Below are positions 51,313 through 64,000 of a stretch of 64,000 nt of DNA, piece by piece (position 1 is the first letter of the stretch; every line of letters starts with the position of its first letter). The position numbers and the translations under genes were made by a program. This DNA is from Obrimoposthia wandeli (lineage: Eukaryota): NCBI GenBank assembly GCA_977020255.1, contig CDROCS010003470.1, forward strand, positions 62,001 to 126,000. The letters run 5' to 3'. A model generated the notes under the pieces. That model did no database searches and had not been told where the DNA came from. It saw only the letters and a list, made by a program, of their open reading frames with translations.

Positions 51313-52699
51313 ATTTATACCCACAGTATTCAGTTTGACCGAGTGTACTGTAAGGATAACAATAAGTTCATTTTGTCATAACATTTGAAAGATAGCAAAT
51401 TTTAATCATTATAATTTTTTTAAACAATCTAAAATTGGTCACATTTTAGAAAATAAAAATGCAATAAATTCACAATGAGTAAAGTTTAGACAATTGGCAA
51501 AAACATAATTTAACATTCATATACTATCTAAGTTTTAATCAAACCTCTTTATAATGGGGACTTAATATAAGTTACTTACGATTATTATTATTAAGTCTTA
51601 CGAGAAAACACAATTATAATTACAACGCAATTAGTTCCGCCGAGTGTTCTCGAGTGTTCTATTCATCTTCTCAACACGACATATACACAACATGCAGAGT
51701 TATTGTGTATATGTCAAATGATGCTTGTTTATAGTTATCTTTTCTCCATTATCCTTATCAACACTTGTCAGACATAAATAGTTGTTAACCCCAAATTTAT
51801 TCCTTCATTGCATATAGATTAAAATAATACATTGTAGTTGACTGTTCTCAGTATTTAAAATAGCTTTAAGGGCTCGAGAGAAATGGTCGTATAAAATCTG
51901 AGATCGGATACGAAAGAATAAATTCATTATAAACAAAAATAAAATAATTTTTGGTAAAATTTGAACTTCGTTGAGTAATCATAGTATACACTACCATATG
52001 TAATATATCCATTATTAGAGATGTAATTTATTAGAATTAAACAAAATAAAACTGTACAAAAGTTTAAAATGTCAAATATAATGTATTGTTCAAAATTAAA
52101 ATGTATTTGTAAACAAATATGATTTAAAACAAGCGCTTATTAAATGTGGAAACATATCAACTTAACATTTTATTTATATTAAATTTAATAACATTCACAC
52201 AAAATTATTCATTTTTATTTTGCCTTCTAAAATTTGGGAAAGGAAATTTGAAAAATAATTTGCTGTCACAACAAAAATATTGCCGGAAAAAAGACAGTTT
52301 TTGGCACAACTCCAAATTACGCTTGTGTGGATGAAGTGTTTTTCCATTCCAGAATTAATAACTTTAACCTTTAGCGGGGATTGGGAAATACTTCTGTGGC
52401 ATTTAGTTGCCAAAAAGGCGGCATAAAGTGTCATTCAATTTGAGCGGTTTTTCTCCGAATATGGTAGCCTTTGTCAGATGTCTAGTTTGAGTTTCAAAAC
52501 GGTATACATTGTGCATTCATGCATTCAAATCCAAGTGGAAGTCGATATTAGCTGGCACTTAAACCGATAAATTGTGAGAATGACTTCGCTGTTTGTTGTA
52601 TCTGAATAATTTAGATAATTACGGATTAATAATTGAAAATTGACATTATGCAATGAATTGCAGTTTCTCTAGTAATAATTTTGATTAAAAATCGAACAT

Positions 52700-52880
52700 A
52701 TTTTCGGAGTTGTATTTTGGACAGTTCATTCTGATGTGATAAAGAAAATAACCAAAAATAGATTGGAAAAATACCATGGACAGAATATAAATTTTTGATG
52801 AAACATCTTTTATGTATTCTGACAAACAAAGAAAATTTCCGTTACAAAGTGTATTCCTGAAAAATGTTTCTTTATCTTAT
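52700..52880 (+). mobile_element. Possible pogo/Tigger fragment
   Basis: EKYHGQNIN-FDETSFMY (cf. NIFNxDETGLF) across a frameshift. Confidence 0.25.
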
Positions 52881-54019
52881 GGTTCGATGAGAGCAAGATT
52901 ATTTGAGTAGTGATTTTCTATTTCTAATTTTATTTTTCAGATATGTAATTTTCGTTAATCAGTAATTGCAATTCAAGTTGACTAATGAGATGTGAAGAAA
53001 TTTGGTTCGTTACTTATAATTAATTTTTATTTTATTTCAAGATTTTTGAGAATTCTCAATTTGGATAATTTTTAAATGGTTTAAAAAATTAATTAACCTC
53101 TCAGCAGATTAAACCCTTTTCAACCCATTCCAATAAATAGAAGCAGATTAAATATAATGTTAAATAAATTTATAATTACGAAATTTTTAGAAATGTTGGT
53201 TTACTTCGTCTAACTTTAAATAGTACATGGGAAAGTTACAATATTATAGTGAGTCAAAATTCGTACGACAGAAATAAAATTAAGTTGCAATATTGATGGC
53301 CAATGGGTTCGTGCAAAGAACAAATAGCGCAATATGCATGAAACAACTAATGAACTAAAATAAATATATGTAAATAAGTGGTATTACAAATGGTATTCAA
53401 AAAGTCTTTTTAAAAAGTTGTTTCAAATCACTTAAAATTTTGTAAACAATTTTATTAAAATGAACTCTAAAAAGTACTAAACAATTTATTTTCCCTTTCA
53501 TAAAAACCGAAATAATCATTGGATTATCAGAAAGATTATCACACCAAAAAAACTTGAACATAATCAAAATAATTTCAGTGCTTTTTTCGCTGTGTTAAGG
53601 CAAAAGCATTTAACTTCATTCTGGTAAATAGTTTATTTCTTTTATTTCTTTTAACATAGATAATACTTAAGTTCTAAGTTTTCGATTATTTTGCTATTGT
53701 ATTAATCTCTCAATTTAACAAATACTTTATATTAATACAGGATATCTATTAGATTGTTGCCTAATTAATGTTGGTTTTAAATGTCGAAATTTCAATACAT
53801 CTTTATATTCATTCCAGGCCTCTGTTTGCTATGGACATTTCAAAAAGTTAAAAAAATAGGTACCTCATGAATTAACAGAAATAAAAAGTTTATGATTTGT
53901 TTATCAATTGTATGTAGACAGCTTGAATGTAGTTTTTAGGAACGTTTGATAACTTGTGAATGAAAGGGTTTAAAGTAAAACAATATGAGACGTTTATATC
54001 AGCGGGGTGAAACGAATGA

Positions 54020-54350
54020 AGCACAAGGTTATGATAACTGTTTGGTGGTCTATGGCGGATATTGTACACTACAGCTTTTGGAATACAGGCGAAACAATTA
54101 ATTTAGACTTATATTAGAAAATAAATTATAAAAGCCAGCAAAAAATATTATTAAAACAACCACTAATAGCTAATCAGAACACAGGATAAACTAAGCAACA
54201 TGAAGTAGGAAGTCCTTTCACATTCTCCATACTCACTGGACCTGTCTCCAACTGACTTTAATATTTTATAATATTTATCGTCATTTCTGGATTGGAAGAA
54301 ATTTGATACTATAGAAAGTATAAAGTCGGAGGTATATAAACATTGAAAAA
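54020..54350 (+). mobile_element. mariner transposase fragment (internally deleted)
   Basis: KVMITVWWSMADIVHYSFWNTGETIN and EVLSHSPYSLDLSPTDF. Confidence 0.75.
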
Positions 54351-54939
54351 AAGTATAAAATCAGAAGGTTCTAATTTTGATTAATTATTGTTTTAATATT
54401 TGTGTATTTATCTTGTAGTTTTATTTATAAAAGACCTATATTAATTATGCAATAACCTAAGCATCTCAACATATTTCCAAGGCACAGCATTGATAGTAGA
54501 ATAGAGTAGATGCACATTTGAAAATCTGAGCATTACTGTCTGCTGGTTGCCAACATTTGACTCAATCGCTAAGCCTACAGCTTAGTGTCTATTACTACAT
54601 TCACATGCACTCTCAATGATTATATGATGTTATTGAAATATCATTGTGACCCTGAAATCCTAATTAGAAACAAGGATATATGAGCCAAATGAAACCGTTT
54701 AAAACTTTTATATATACCACATAATAAAAAAACTCTTGGACTCCCGGTTAAAAATAACGGGTATGGACTGTTTAAACCATTAGTGTCTTTGTCCCTTTTC
54801 CTTATCGTTAACGCGAGATTTGAAGCTTTTCCGTATGACACATTTTGAGTTCAAAATTTTGTACCTGTAATTAATTAGTGTCTTTTGAACAACGACTTGA
54901 AGAGTATTTACGTGTTTTCTTTTCGTGTGTTTCAAAGTG

Positions 54940-55151
54940 ATTTACTACCTCTAGACGCAATGACTTGTCTATGGTAAGCATAGAATATGATCAATTAAGA
55001 GAAGTGGATTTTGCAAAGTTACTCGAAGATTTTACAAGAATGAAGTCTCGAAAAGTACATATTAATAATTTTTTAAATAGAGAAAAACATAGATAAATAT
55101 CGGGGGTTTTCAATATACCCACGGGTCTCTACCCGTCTATATCTGGCCTTG
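54940..55151 (+). mobile_element. hAT (Tip100/ZMYM1-like) 3' end
   Basis: NDLSMVSIEYDQLREVDFAKLLEDFTRMKSRKV* followed by a GC-rich terminal segment ending CTGGCCTTG. Confidence 0.55.
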
Positions 55152-58100
55152 TATACAACAGAGAGAGAAAAACGGAAACATCATCCAAGTCCCTTTAAAC
55201 CAAAAACAGATAATCAACAAAACAATCCGTGCAAAAGCTATGACATTGACAATTGGATCTATTTGGTTTCATTTGTTAAACTTCGATTTGTGGAACTTAT
55301 CGGGAATGTAAATTGTATTAATTCTTAGTAACTCATTCACGATAGTAACATAGGATTTTGATTGCAATTCCATTTTTGGAGTCAAATTAAGATATTTAGC
55401 AAATGTTTTGACTCTTTGTGATCGAGTTCAATTGAAGTATGTTAGCAATTTGATAAAACTTTCCTGATCTCTTTCAGATAAGATTCAATTTAGTTGGCAC
55501 CCCTGAATCAACCATCACATGATCCTCAAATTTGCGTATTGTTTTAGCTAAATAATAAAACAAAGATTTATTTATAATATTCAGATCTCATTTGATCTTT
55601 TTGAGAAATAAAATATAAAACTCATATATCGTTGCATTAAAATACTTATTCGCTAAAAAGTTGTGCTAGCAATATTTAAAAATAAATTATTAGAAAACTT
55701 GAAGCTCTAGAATTAAAATCTTAAATAAATTTTTCTCTTATACGTCTAGTTATTTTTGTTACGATTGCTTTTATAAAATGTACATAATTGTAATTATGAG
55801 CTAAATTTTAACAATTTACAATGTTTTCTTAATAAATTATTTTATTCAGTTATTATTGAGTTATATACTTGTTCTTGTACATTCTAACATCCTCAGAATA
55901 ATTTCCACTTGGAAAAGCCGATGAATCAACCAAAACATTTTGTTCGAGTGTAAATTACGTCATGTAAAAGTGGTCATACTTGATATATTAAATATGTTTA
56001 TTAAATTTATTTACGTAAGTCATATGAAATAAATGTTAATTTTTTTCTGTATTTATATTTCAAGATATCTCACTAATTATGAATTTAAATTTAATCAGGT
56101 TTATTATGCAATTGTTTTATCAGGTTCATTATTTATTGATTGGTATAATATGCGTATAGGCTTGAAAAATGGCATATTATATTCATTTTCAGCACCAACA
56201 AATTGATAAAGCAGCAAACAATTCTTTCCAGTAGCAAAATATTTGTTGATTTTTTTTCCATAAGAAGGAAAACCAGTCTATTTATAGATACATAAAATGT
56301 GTTCTTTTAGTCAAATCCTAGTAAAATTTTCAGATATTTCAATTACAGTAAACTTGCCACTCTATTGAAATCTAGAAAATTAAAGAAAGAAAAAAATACT
56401 ATTAAAATGACAAAGTAATTTAAAAGATGGGGAAAAATTCTAAAGAGATTTTTAAAGTAAATTTAACAATTTCTTTCGAACATAATACATTTTCATAAAT
56501 TACTCTTTTAAGGCCTAAATTATTTACCTCATCAGTGATTTGTTCTAATTTTCCCGCTATAGAAGAGTTTGTGTAGGAATCTTTGCAAATATGTTTTAAA
56601 ACGAACAGCTTAATTCTTCAGTACGTTTCTTGTTGTCAGGCAACAATTAGAAATAAGTAAACTATCCACATCTATATCATAGGAAGCCTTAATGGACTCT
56701 GCTACACCTTAATTTGGGACTTGTTCCGAATTGGTCAGAAATTGTCTAGTAATTGAATTTTTCCTTCTCAATCTATACATTATTCTATTTACTATATGAG
56801 CGTATAACACGATTTAAATTAACTTTGCAGTTTTTCATAAAGTATCATAATTTTCATAAAGATTTAAAAAATATTAACTCCATAAAAATATCAACAATCA
56901 AATTATTAAATGTATACATAATATTGTTCAAATGTGACAAATTGTTTAAAATTAAAATAAATCTAATTTACCTCAGTAGTCACGTCGATGTTAAACAAAG
57001 TTGAGATAGTGTTTAAACACTCTAAAAGGACACAGGTTGAAAAAATTATGAATAAATACTTTGGTAAGTAATAGTAATTAATAATTTATTTTTAAAAATT
57101 GAGTTTTATTTGTTACAGTTTTAACTTAAACAAACAGATAAAAAGTACGTATATATTTAAAAAAAAATTATATAATAAATATTTTACTAATTGACGATTT
57201 TAGAATAAATGAGTAAATTTATAAATATTATAAAAGTATGTGATTCCCAGAAGATATTTCAATGACATATCTTAATTTCATTAACAATTGTTTTGTAGGG
57301 TAATAATGTTTATTTTCCTCTCAATTTAGTTGTTGGAAAATAAATAGTTGTGGTTGACGAGATCTGGGGAAAAGAAAATGGGCGGAATCCGTCAGGGACT
57401 TAGAAAACATATGAACAAGCTTCATCGTGGACTTTCATGAGATGATGTGACAAGGATAAGTCGGAGAAATCTTTAAGTTAGTTAAATTATACAGGGAAAT
57501 AAAGCGGTCAGTGGGAGGTTAAAGCCCATGTCCACTGAATATAAGGCTATTTAACTTGTGACTAAGCTAACGAAGCTGATTAAAGTAAATGTATTTTAAC
57601 TAACTACTTTCCAAATAAATTTTTAAGCACATGTAGCATTACCTTTTTATTGTATATAATTTTAAAAAAATAAAGGAGGTAATACACTGGACAAATGACA
57701 AATCGGGGATGGTCTAACAAATTTATGTTGAAAACTTTCCATTGATGTGTCTATTACGTATCTGTATAATTGTTGAAATTTTTTTTTCAATTCTAGTTTG
57801 AAATTTTGACAATTTAAGAGACTATAAACAAAGTTAATTTGGTATTTTAGATCAAAACCTCTCATATTTTACACATATTCAGCACTAATGAATGATAAAA
57901 ATGAAATTTTATAAGTATTTACCATTATTTAATATTGGTTATTTTAATATTCAGAGGAGCCCATTTGGGATTATTTACTTAGTTATCATAAAAATGATAA
58001 AAAATGAAACAAGTAGTGGCATCAAAATATACGCGAACAATCTATTACCAAATTGCTACATTTGAAATATTTTGCTGTTTTGATCCACTTTTCGATACAA

Positions 58101-58432
58101 TTTTCTAAGTAAAAAGTAATGAAACATCTTTTATGGGCTCTGTCATATGCAAATGTATGTGTCTAGCTTATCAGCCGTCAAAACACGGACACGAAGTCTC
58201 GTTCTCGACAGTTTGTGTCAACACTGACAGAAATCAAGGAGATTTACATTAGCCGACCCAGTTTCTTTACCAGCTTTTCTTCTCTTAAATAATAATAATA
58301 AACATTGCAGAGCTTATACATGTAATTCAATGTTTCTATTTTTCAGTGTTTTCGTTGAAAAACTGTTCATTAGTTTATCATAATTTCATTTTACTGGCAT
58401 TAAACATGAAGATGTTGAACACAGTTATCCAA

Positions 58433-58472
58433 TAGTAGACGAGTTTCGACGCATTGGGGTTCATCAATACTA
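58433..58472 (-). ncRNA. Decayed minimal type I hammerhead ribozyme motif
   Basis: Minus strand TAGTA-TTGATGA-ACCCCAATGCGTC-GAAAC-TC-GTC-TACTA: 5-bp stem I, near-consensus CUGAUGA core, stem II remnant, GAAAC and GUC site. Confidence 0.45.
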
Positions 58473-59529
58473 ACAAAGGCGTTCGCAATTGAATGAGATT
58501 TTTTAAAAATGTATTATATTTAATTAGAGTTCTTTGAATGAAATGTAGTCCAAATATATTTAAGAATCTCTAATTTAATGTGGAAAGTCGGAAAACATAA
58601 ATTTATATGTTTGTATAATTTATATTTTAAAATGCATAAAATAAAATATATATTAATCTATTTTTGTTGAAAATTTTTGATATCTTATTAAACAAAGCTT
58701 GTTGTTAATTTTAATTTCTGTATAAATTAAAATGAAATTAGCTTTTCAAATTTTTTATTGACAGTTTCAATGATAATCTATTATAATTTCGTTGTAGTTT
58801 ATTCATTGTATTTATAATTTTCATTCAAAAAAACTTGATAAGCAGTTTCATAATTTTGAATAAATTGAGTTATATGCGGAAAACGTTAAACACTACTTTA
58901 CTGCACTATAATTTTCTTCCCAAACATAAAAATTCTAAATATAAAATTAAAATAAAATTAGGAAAGTTTTCTTTCAATAAGTTTGTTAGAACAGTGTATT
59001 CCTTTCTTTATGTTACTATGCCTTTATTTAAGAAATATCTAATCTTGGGGCCTCCCCTTTATTTCATTTTTATTGTATTCTTAAAAAAAGTATCCAATAA
59101 AAAAGTCAATCTTTAATGTACTTATATTTTAGCGAAATATAGTACTTTTCTCCAAATTGTAATAATTAAAGAGATTCAAAATTCAAGTATATTTATTTAA
59201 ACAAAATATATTTATTTAATAAAGTTGAATATAATATTCTAATCATTACTTTTTTTCCTTGACAAAAATATATGTACATATTATTTATTTATAAACGTTG
59301 TTATGAAAATTATATTTCTGTTACAATTTTTGCGTCTGCGTTTGCACTAGTTCGTGGCTCCTTAAGGAGACATTTTTTCCTGTTTGGATATTGCTGCCTT
59401 AGAATATGAGCCAGTGAGGATTTCCAGGGTACGGTGAAATAAATGTTTTCCATCTTTAACCCTTTAAACTTTAGTAAATATCTGATACGCATTTTGTTGT
59501 CTATATGCTCTTATTCCTCTTCTTTAAAT

Positions 59530-59830
59530 CATGCCAAGCACTAAGAAAATTAGAGAAGTTATAATCATGTACCTACTTTGTGAAAGACTTTCAGTTGAAA
59601 GAACACTTGGAAAGAATTCATTGAGACAAAAAAGCAAAGATGGCAATTTTTTCAAATCTTTAAAAGGGAAACTCAACAGTAGATCAAGCTTGAAAATATT
59701 TTTCAAGACACATCTGGACAGATGACGGAAAGCATCCTAGATGTATCATTGCAAAGAAGGAAAGATCTCACTATGTTGGCGAGGAAGTGATTTTTCCTGC
59801 TTTTGTGGAGGTCATTGAAAATGTAATAAA
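59530..59830 (+). mobile_element. hAT (ZBED5/SCAND3-like) transposase N-terminal remnant
   Basis: LLCERLS...FFKSLK...IIAKKERSHYVGEEVIFPAFVEVIENVI (cf. LIAKxGKPHTIGEELILPA). Confidence 0.6.
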
Positions 59831-61016
59831 GGGTATGTTTTACCAGATAATATTTTAAAGTTCAACATTCAGCCGGATATTTCTGTCATGATTCATGATC
59901 AATATGCTTATTCTTCACATTGTTGTTTTTTCAAGCTTTCTTTCCTTTTTACTCTTTCCTTCACCAAGGAAGTGGACATTTTATTTATAAAGCAGACTTA
60001 AGTAAAAAGTTAAGGAAAATATTTAAGTTAAGAATCCTCAAATTTAAGGAAGATGTTTAGTTTGTTTTACTTCAATACAAAAAACAGTGACAAGCAGCTG
60101 TGTTTGATGGAGAAATGTGTGGTTTTTTTTAATAATTTTGTAAGGAAAATTGAATAATGAATATAATCGATTAAAGGACTTTATTAAAAATAAACACTTT
60201 AATTTCTACTTCGTTTAAAGCTAAAATCGATTTTTGCACTCCAAACTATTTTTTGATATTTTATTCGAATTTCGAATTAGTAGAACTCATTCATTTAAAT
60301 TTGCCATTTCTGGAAAATATTGATTGGATGAAGTGTGTCACAAAGAGTGGGCCCCTCATTTCTGGTTAGTGATCTTCTGTAGAACAATTTCCATCTACTG
60401 ACCACGTCACTTGGTTCAGAGACGCCTTGATCTCGTCATTCTTTGTTGATCAAGACACTATCTTCAAGCTTCACTGCTTTTATGTTTAATGCTTTGCTTT
60501 TATTCTGTGTTTTGGGCTAATGTTGGAGTTTTATTTTATAGATTTATAAAGATGAAAATTAAAACTTTATCCCACAAGAATTTCTGAATATTTTTGTAAA
60601 GAAAATTTTATATTAAATACTTAAATTTTCCTTATTATTTTTCAAGTTTCAAATTTGACCTTAAGGTATCCAGATATTTTCCCAGTATTTTAATTTGGAT
60701 TATTACAATAAATATTCATTTAAAAACGTCTAAGTTATGTGGATTTTCGCTTTATGACGTTGTTTCTTGTCGATTAATTTACTCAACAAATATATATTGG
60801 TTCTCCCCTCCGTATGTCAGGATTTCGTATCGGTATTTATATATATGTAGTAGTTGTGCAATGAAATTGAAAGAAGTGACCACAATATGCCTATATTAAT
60901 CAATAAAAAGTGGACAAGTACATAGGATATGAAGCTTGATGAAGCTTGGTGAATATGTAGAAGAACAATACAGAATTATCAGACCAAGCTGTCACTGATT
61001 TGCCTAGTTTTGTTTC

Positions 61017-61113
61017 AAATTTCACTTCACAAACATGTACTGTTTTAAAGAACAGAGGTACCCCATCCTCCCTAGGGATAGGGGGTGGATTAGACCGGAT
61101 ACATTCACCTACT
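61017..61113 (+). repeat. Short copy of the element terminus seen inverted at 63676-63760
   Basis: AAATTTCACTTCACAAACATGTACTGTTTTAAAG...GGTGGATTAGACCGGATACATTCACCTACT matches the reverse complement of 63676-63760. Confidence 0.8.
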
Positions 61114-63675
61114 CTCTGCGTATCTTCCTTTGATACTTTTCTAATCCCATCAGACTCACTATTAGAAATAAACCAAATTTTAAAATTACATTCATTTCCA
61201 ATGATAATTTTGAGACAACAAAGAACGAATCTTTATCTACTGCTAAACATCTCCGATATAACGAAGTCAAATGGTATAACTGTGTAAAACCAGACACGTT
61301 ACAAGAAATGTCCGAGCCAAGAAGTGTCAGTAGTTTCCCTGAAAAATATGTGGAACCTGACAAAATTGATGTTTGCATCTACATAATTTTACGTCTTTGC
61401 TGTTTCTTAATATTTCAAATTTTGGAGATACGTTGTTGTGCTATACTACTTCAGAAATAAATTAAGAACACACATTTTTGTTTAGCTAACACTTTGCTCC
61501 CCAAATTATCAAATCGAAAATCAAAAACTGCATACGATAGTTTTAAGCTCTTCTATTAGTCAACCAACTTCATATCAAAAATATTCGCTGTTATACGTTG
61601 TTTTATGTTATGTCATGTGATGTGGTGGTTTTAATAACTATGTGTATGATAAGGGGGGAAATTAAAAAATATATACCTAGGATGTATACATGTTACACAA
61701 ATCATAAATTTAATTTTGAAGGTCATTATTCTCAAATTTTGTCATGCAAAACTGTAATATGGCATGTGTGTCATTTCAATGATCTAAAATACTATTTGAT
61801 CAAAGATTCTGAAATTTAGAAACAAAATTGATCCACACCATGGGAAATGACAACCACACACCAAACTTCCCATACCAAATTTATTGAACCAAGCGGCGAT
61901 ATCAGTTTATGAAAATAAATCAACTATATATGCATACATTATATTTGTTGGTCAACTAGTTGGTGGTTGGAGGAGAAAATCGTTTATTTTAGGATTCTCT
62001 CTAAATTTAATGGAAATTTTGATTCATATCAAATTTCATATAATCACCAAATATCAACTTTTTTTATAAAACATAACTCTTTTATAAAAAATCTCATTCT
62101 ACAGTAGTTTTATGCTCTAATGTTGATGGTAACATATAAACGGAAAAAATATCGAGACGTATTGTGGTCATATAACGGATAAATTACGAAAATATTGTTT
62201 GATAAAGGGGTTTTAATATCGGAAATGTTTTATTTTCCTAATAACCTAAAACAGATAGTACAAAGGTATACCTAGAAATTTGCCCAGATAATATCTTGAT
62301 TTCTCTAATGGTTAAGGGTTTACACAGATTTACAAAAACGAATATAGTGCGTCCCAAAAAAACTCAATATCTACATTTTTACATTAAATGCTTCAAAATC
62401 ATACTTCAATAATTTCAACTTTAAATATATTATAAATTGAATACGACTTTACTATATTTCGTAAAAATCTTTCACTGAAGTTTTGTTTAAGTTAATTAAA
62501 TCTCACTAATATATCCATTGTAATGTTTATAAATTTTTAATAATGATATTGATTATATTATAACAGTTAATAAGATTCATAAATTTAACTAAATTTGTCT
62601 AAAAATACCAGAGGTATGTAATTATTATCGGCACGATGAAAGATGCAGAAATTTAATTTCTGAAAAGAGGAATGATATTAAGTTAAGGATATATGACAAT
62701 ATCATTTATCAATTGAAATCTAAAATGAGCAAAAATTTGTTAATTTATTAACGTAGCATCTTTTGAATGAAGTCATGCTAAATGAGGCTTACTTCCAGTA
62801 ACATAACGCAAGGTTACACGTTGCAAATTATTGTCTAACTTTAAATGAAAATTATATTGCTTCTGTATATTTGCCATCTAAGTATCCAAACAACATTATT
62901 ATAGAAAATCTGGGAGAATATTAATTCGAATTTTGAAAAGTTTAAGAGTCCCAAGCGTGTAAAAAAATATTAATTAATGTCCCAACTCTAAAAGAAACTC
63001 CCTTTAAGACGCACAAAGTTAATTTTTATTTTAAATTGTAAAATTAGTTAATGAATGGAAAATATGGAATTCCTTCAGTTGACAGGTTTCACAAATTATT
63101 AAACTAAAATTAATTTCAAATATTTCATTAATTCTAGTTTCAGTTAAAATGAAAGTTTTAAATAAGTATTTGCCTTAAATGAACAAAATAAACAATGTGT
63201 TCAAAAAAAAGTAAACTACGACACATGAAAATATAATTTAAAGTCAGCCCAATTTGGTTGGGGAAAAAGGAGGAGAATGAAAATAGATTCATAGATTTAT
63301 GAATATTCTTCTCTATTAGGGGATTCTTTGCTCGAATTAATTTTGCCTTAGAGAATGAATCCGCTGTCAAATCAAGCGTACAACATCGCTAGGGTTTCAT
63401 TTTCCGTCTCAATATGCAGTTTTCTGCTCAACCGTATTTACTCCTTCATTATTAGAATCAGAAAAAATTGATTATCTATTCAACTTAAAAAACGGCGCTT
63501 TTCACCCAATATTCTAATTTCTTTCTACAATTATATTTTTTCATATAAATAAATCTAATGTTTATAATATTAATACTTTTGACGGTTAAAATGAGATGTG
63601 TGTAAAAGATTCAATCAAAAATCTGAATTCTCAAGTTAATAAAATCTCTAATTTTCTGTTTAAAAAATTCTGCAA

Positions 63676-64000
63676 AGTAGGTGGATGTGTCCGGTCTAAT
63701 CCACACCCGCCTCCCCCCCTTGTCCTTTAAAACCGTGCATGTGTGTGGAGTGAAATTTCTTGTAGTTGTGTGGAGTGAAATTTCGTGCATGTGTGTGTGG
63801 AGTGAAATTTCATGCATGTGTGTGAAGTTAAATTTTCAAACCGCCCCCCCCACCCAACACTCAAAAAACTAATTAACCCCATATAACACACTTTAAAATT
63901 GAAAATCTCATAATGCTCCCAAAAAAGTAAGGAAGGTCCTGAGAGGCCGTTTAGTGGGCCAAAGCGTGCCCTCCGGGCCCGCGGTGGTTTAACGAGCAAC
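63676..64000 (-). mobile_element. Terminus of a non-autonomous element (Helitron-like?) containing a minisatellite; continues beyond the window
   Basis: Minus-strand end GTGGAT-(12 nt)-ATCCAC hairpin followed by CTACT, shared with 61017-61113. Four units of TGTGTGGAGTGAAATTTC-type repeat at about 63735-63837. GC-rich palindromic segment near 63945-63990. Confidence 0.5.

Noticed and set aside
60320-60480. BEL/Pao DUF5641-like fragment on the minus strand
   Set aside because: Too degenerate to support.
42995-63370. Numerous 60-100 aa Phe/Ile/Leu/Lys-rich ORFs in the track
   Set aside because: Composition expected from random AT-rich DNA, with no splice signals, motifs or codon bias.
63735-63837. 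CRISPR-like repeat-spacer pattern
   Set aside because: Spacers are only a few nt, units are tandem minisatellite variants, the context is eukaryotic, and there are no cas genes.

Overview
Very AT-rich eukaryotic (invertebrate-like, species not determinable) genomic DNA. Most of it is a graveyard of decayed transposons: Gypsy, BEL/Pao, LINE, Penelope-like, mariner/Tc1/pogo, several hAT lineages, MULE, Harbinger, piggyBac, Merlin and Chapaev-like. Only two host-type coding exons are visible, both on + and both about 71% GC3 by hand count: an NFXL1-like zinc-finger exon (24177-24386) and an unidentified exon (about 34506-34663). The most unusual segment is the first 4 kb, a compact cassette of four co-oriented minus-strand genes with 45-74 nt GT-AG introns. 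It contains a 4-exon gene with an acidic N-terminus, a SERTA-like ORF, a Cys/His ORF, and a gene whose C-terminal part resembles the N-terminal region of Polinton/Maverick (adintovirus-type) protein-primed DNA polymerase B and runs off the left edge. The cassette has clean splice sites and an intact-looking promoter but five in-frame stops and no obvious frameshift. It is read as a recently inactivated endogenous virus-like element that may carry host cell-cycle mimics. A decayed type I hammerhead ribozyme motif lies at 58433-58472. No rRNA, intact tRNA or CRISPR array was found. All family assignments come from motifs recognised by eye, with no database searches, and most transposon boundaries are approximate.
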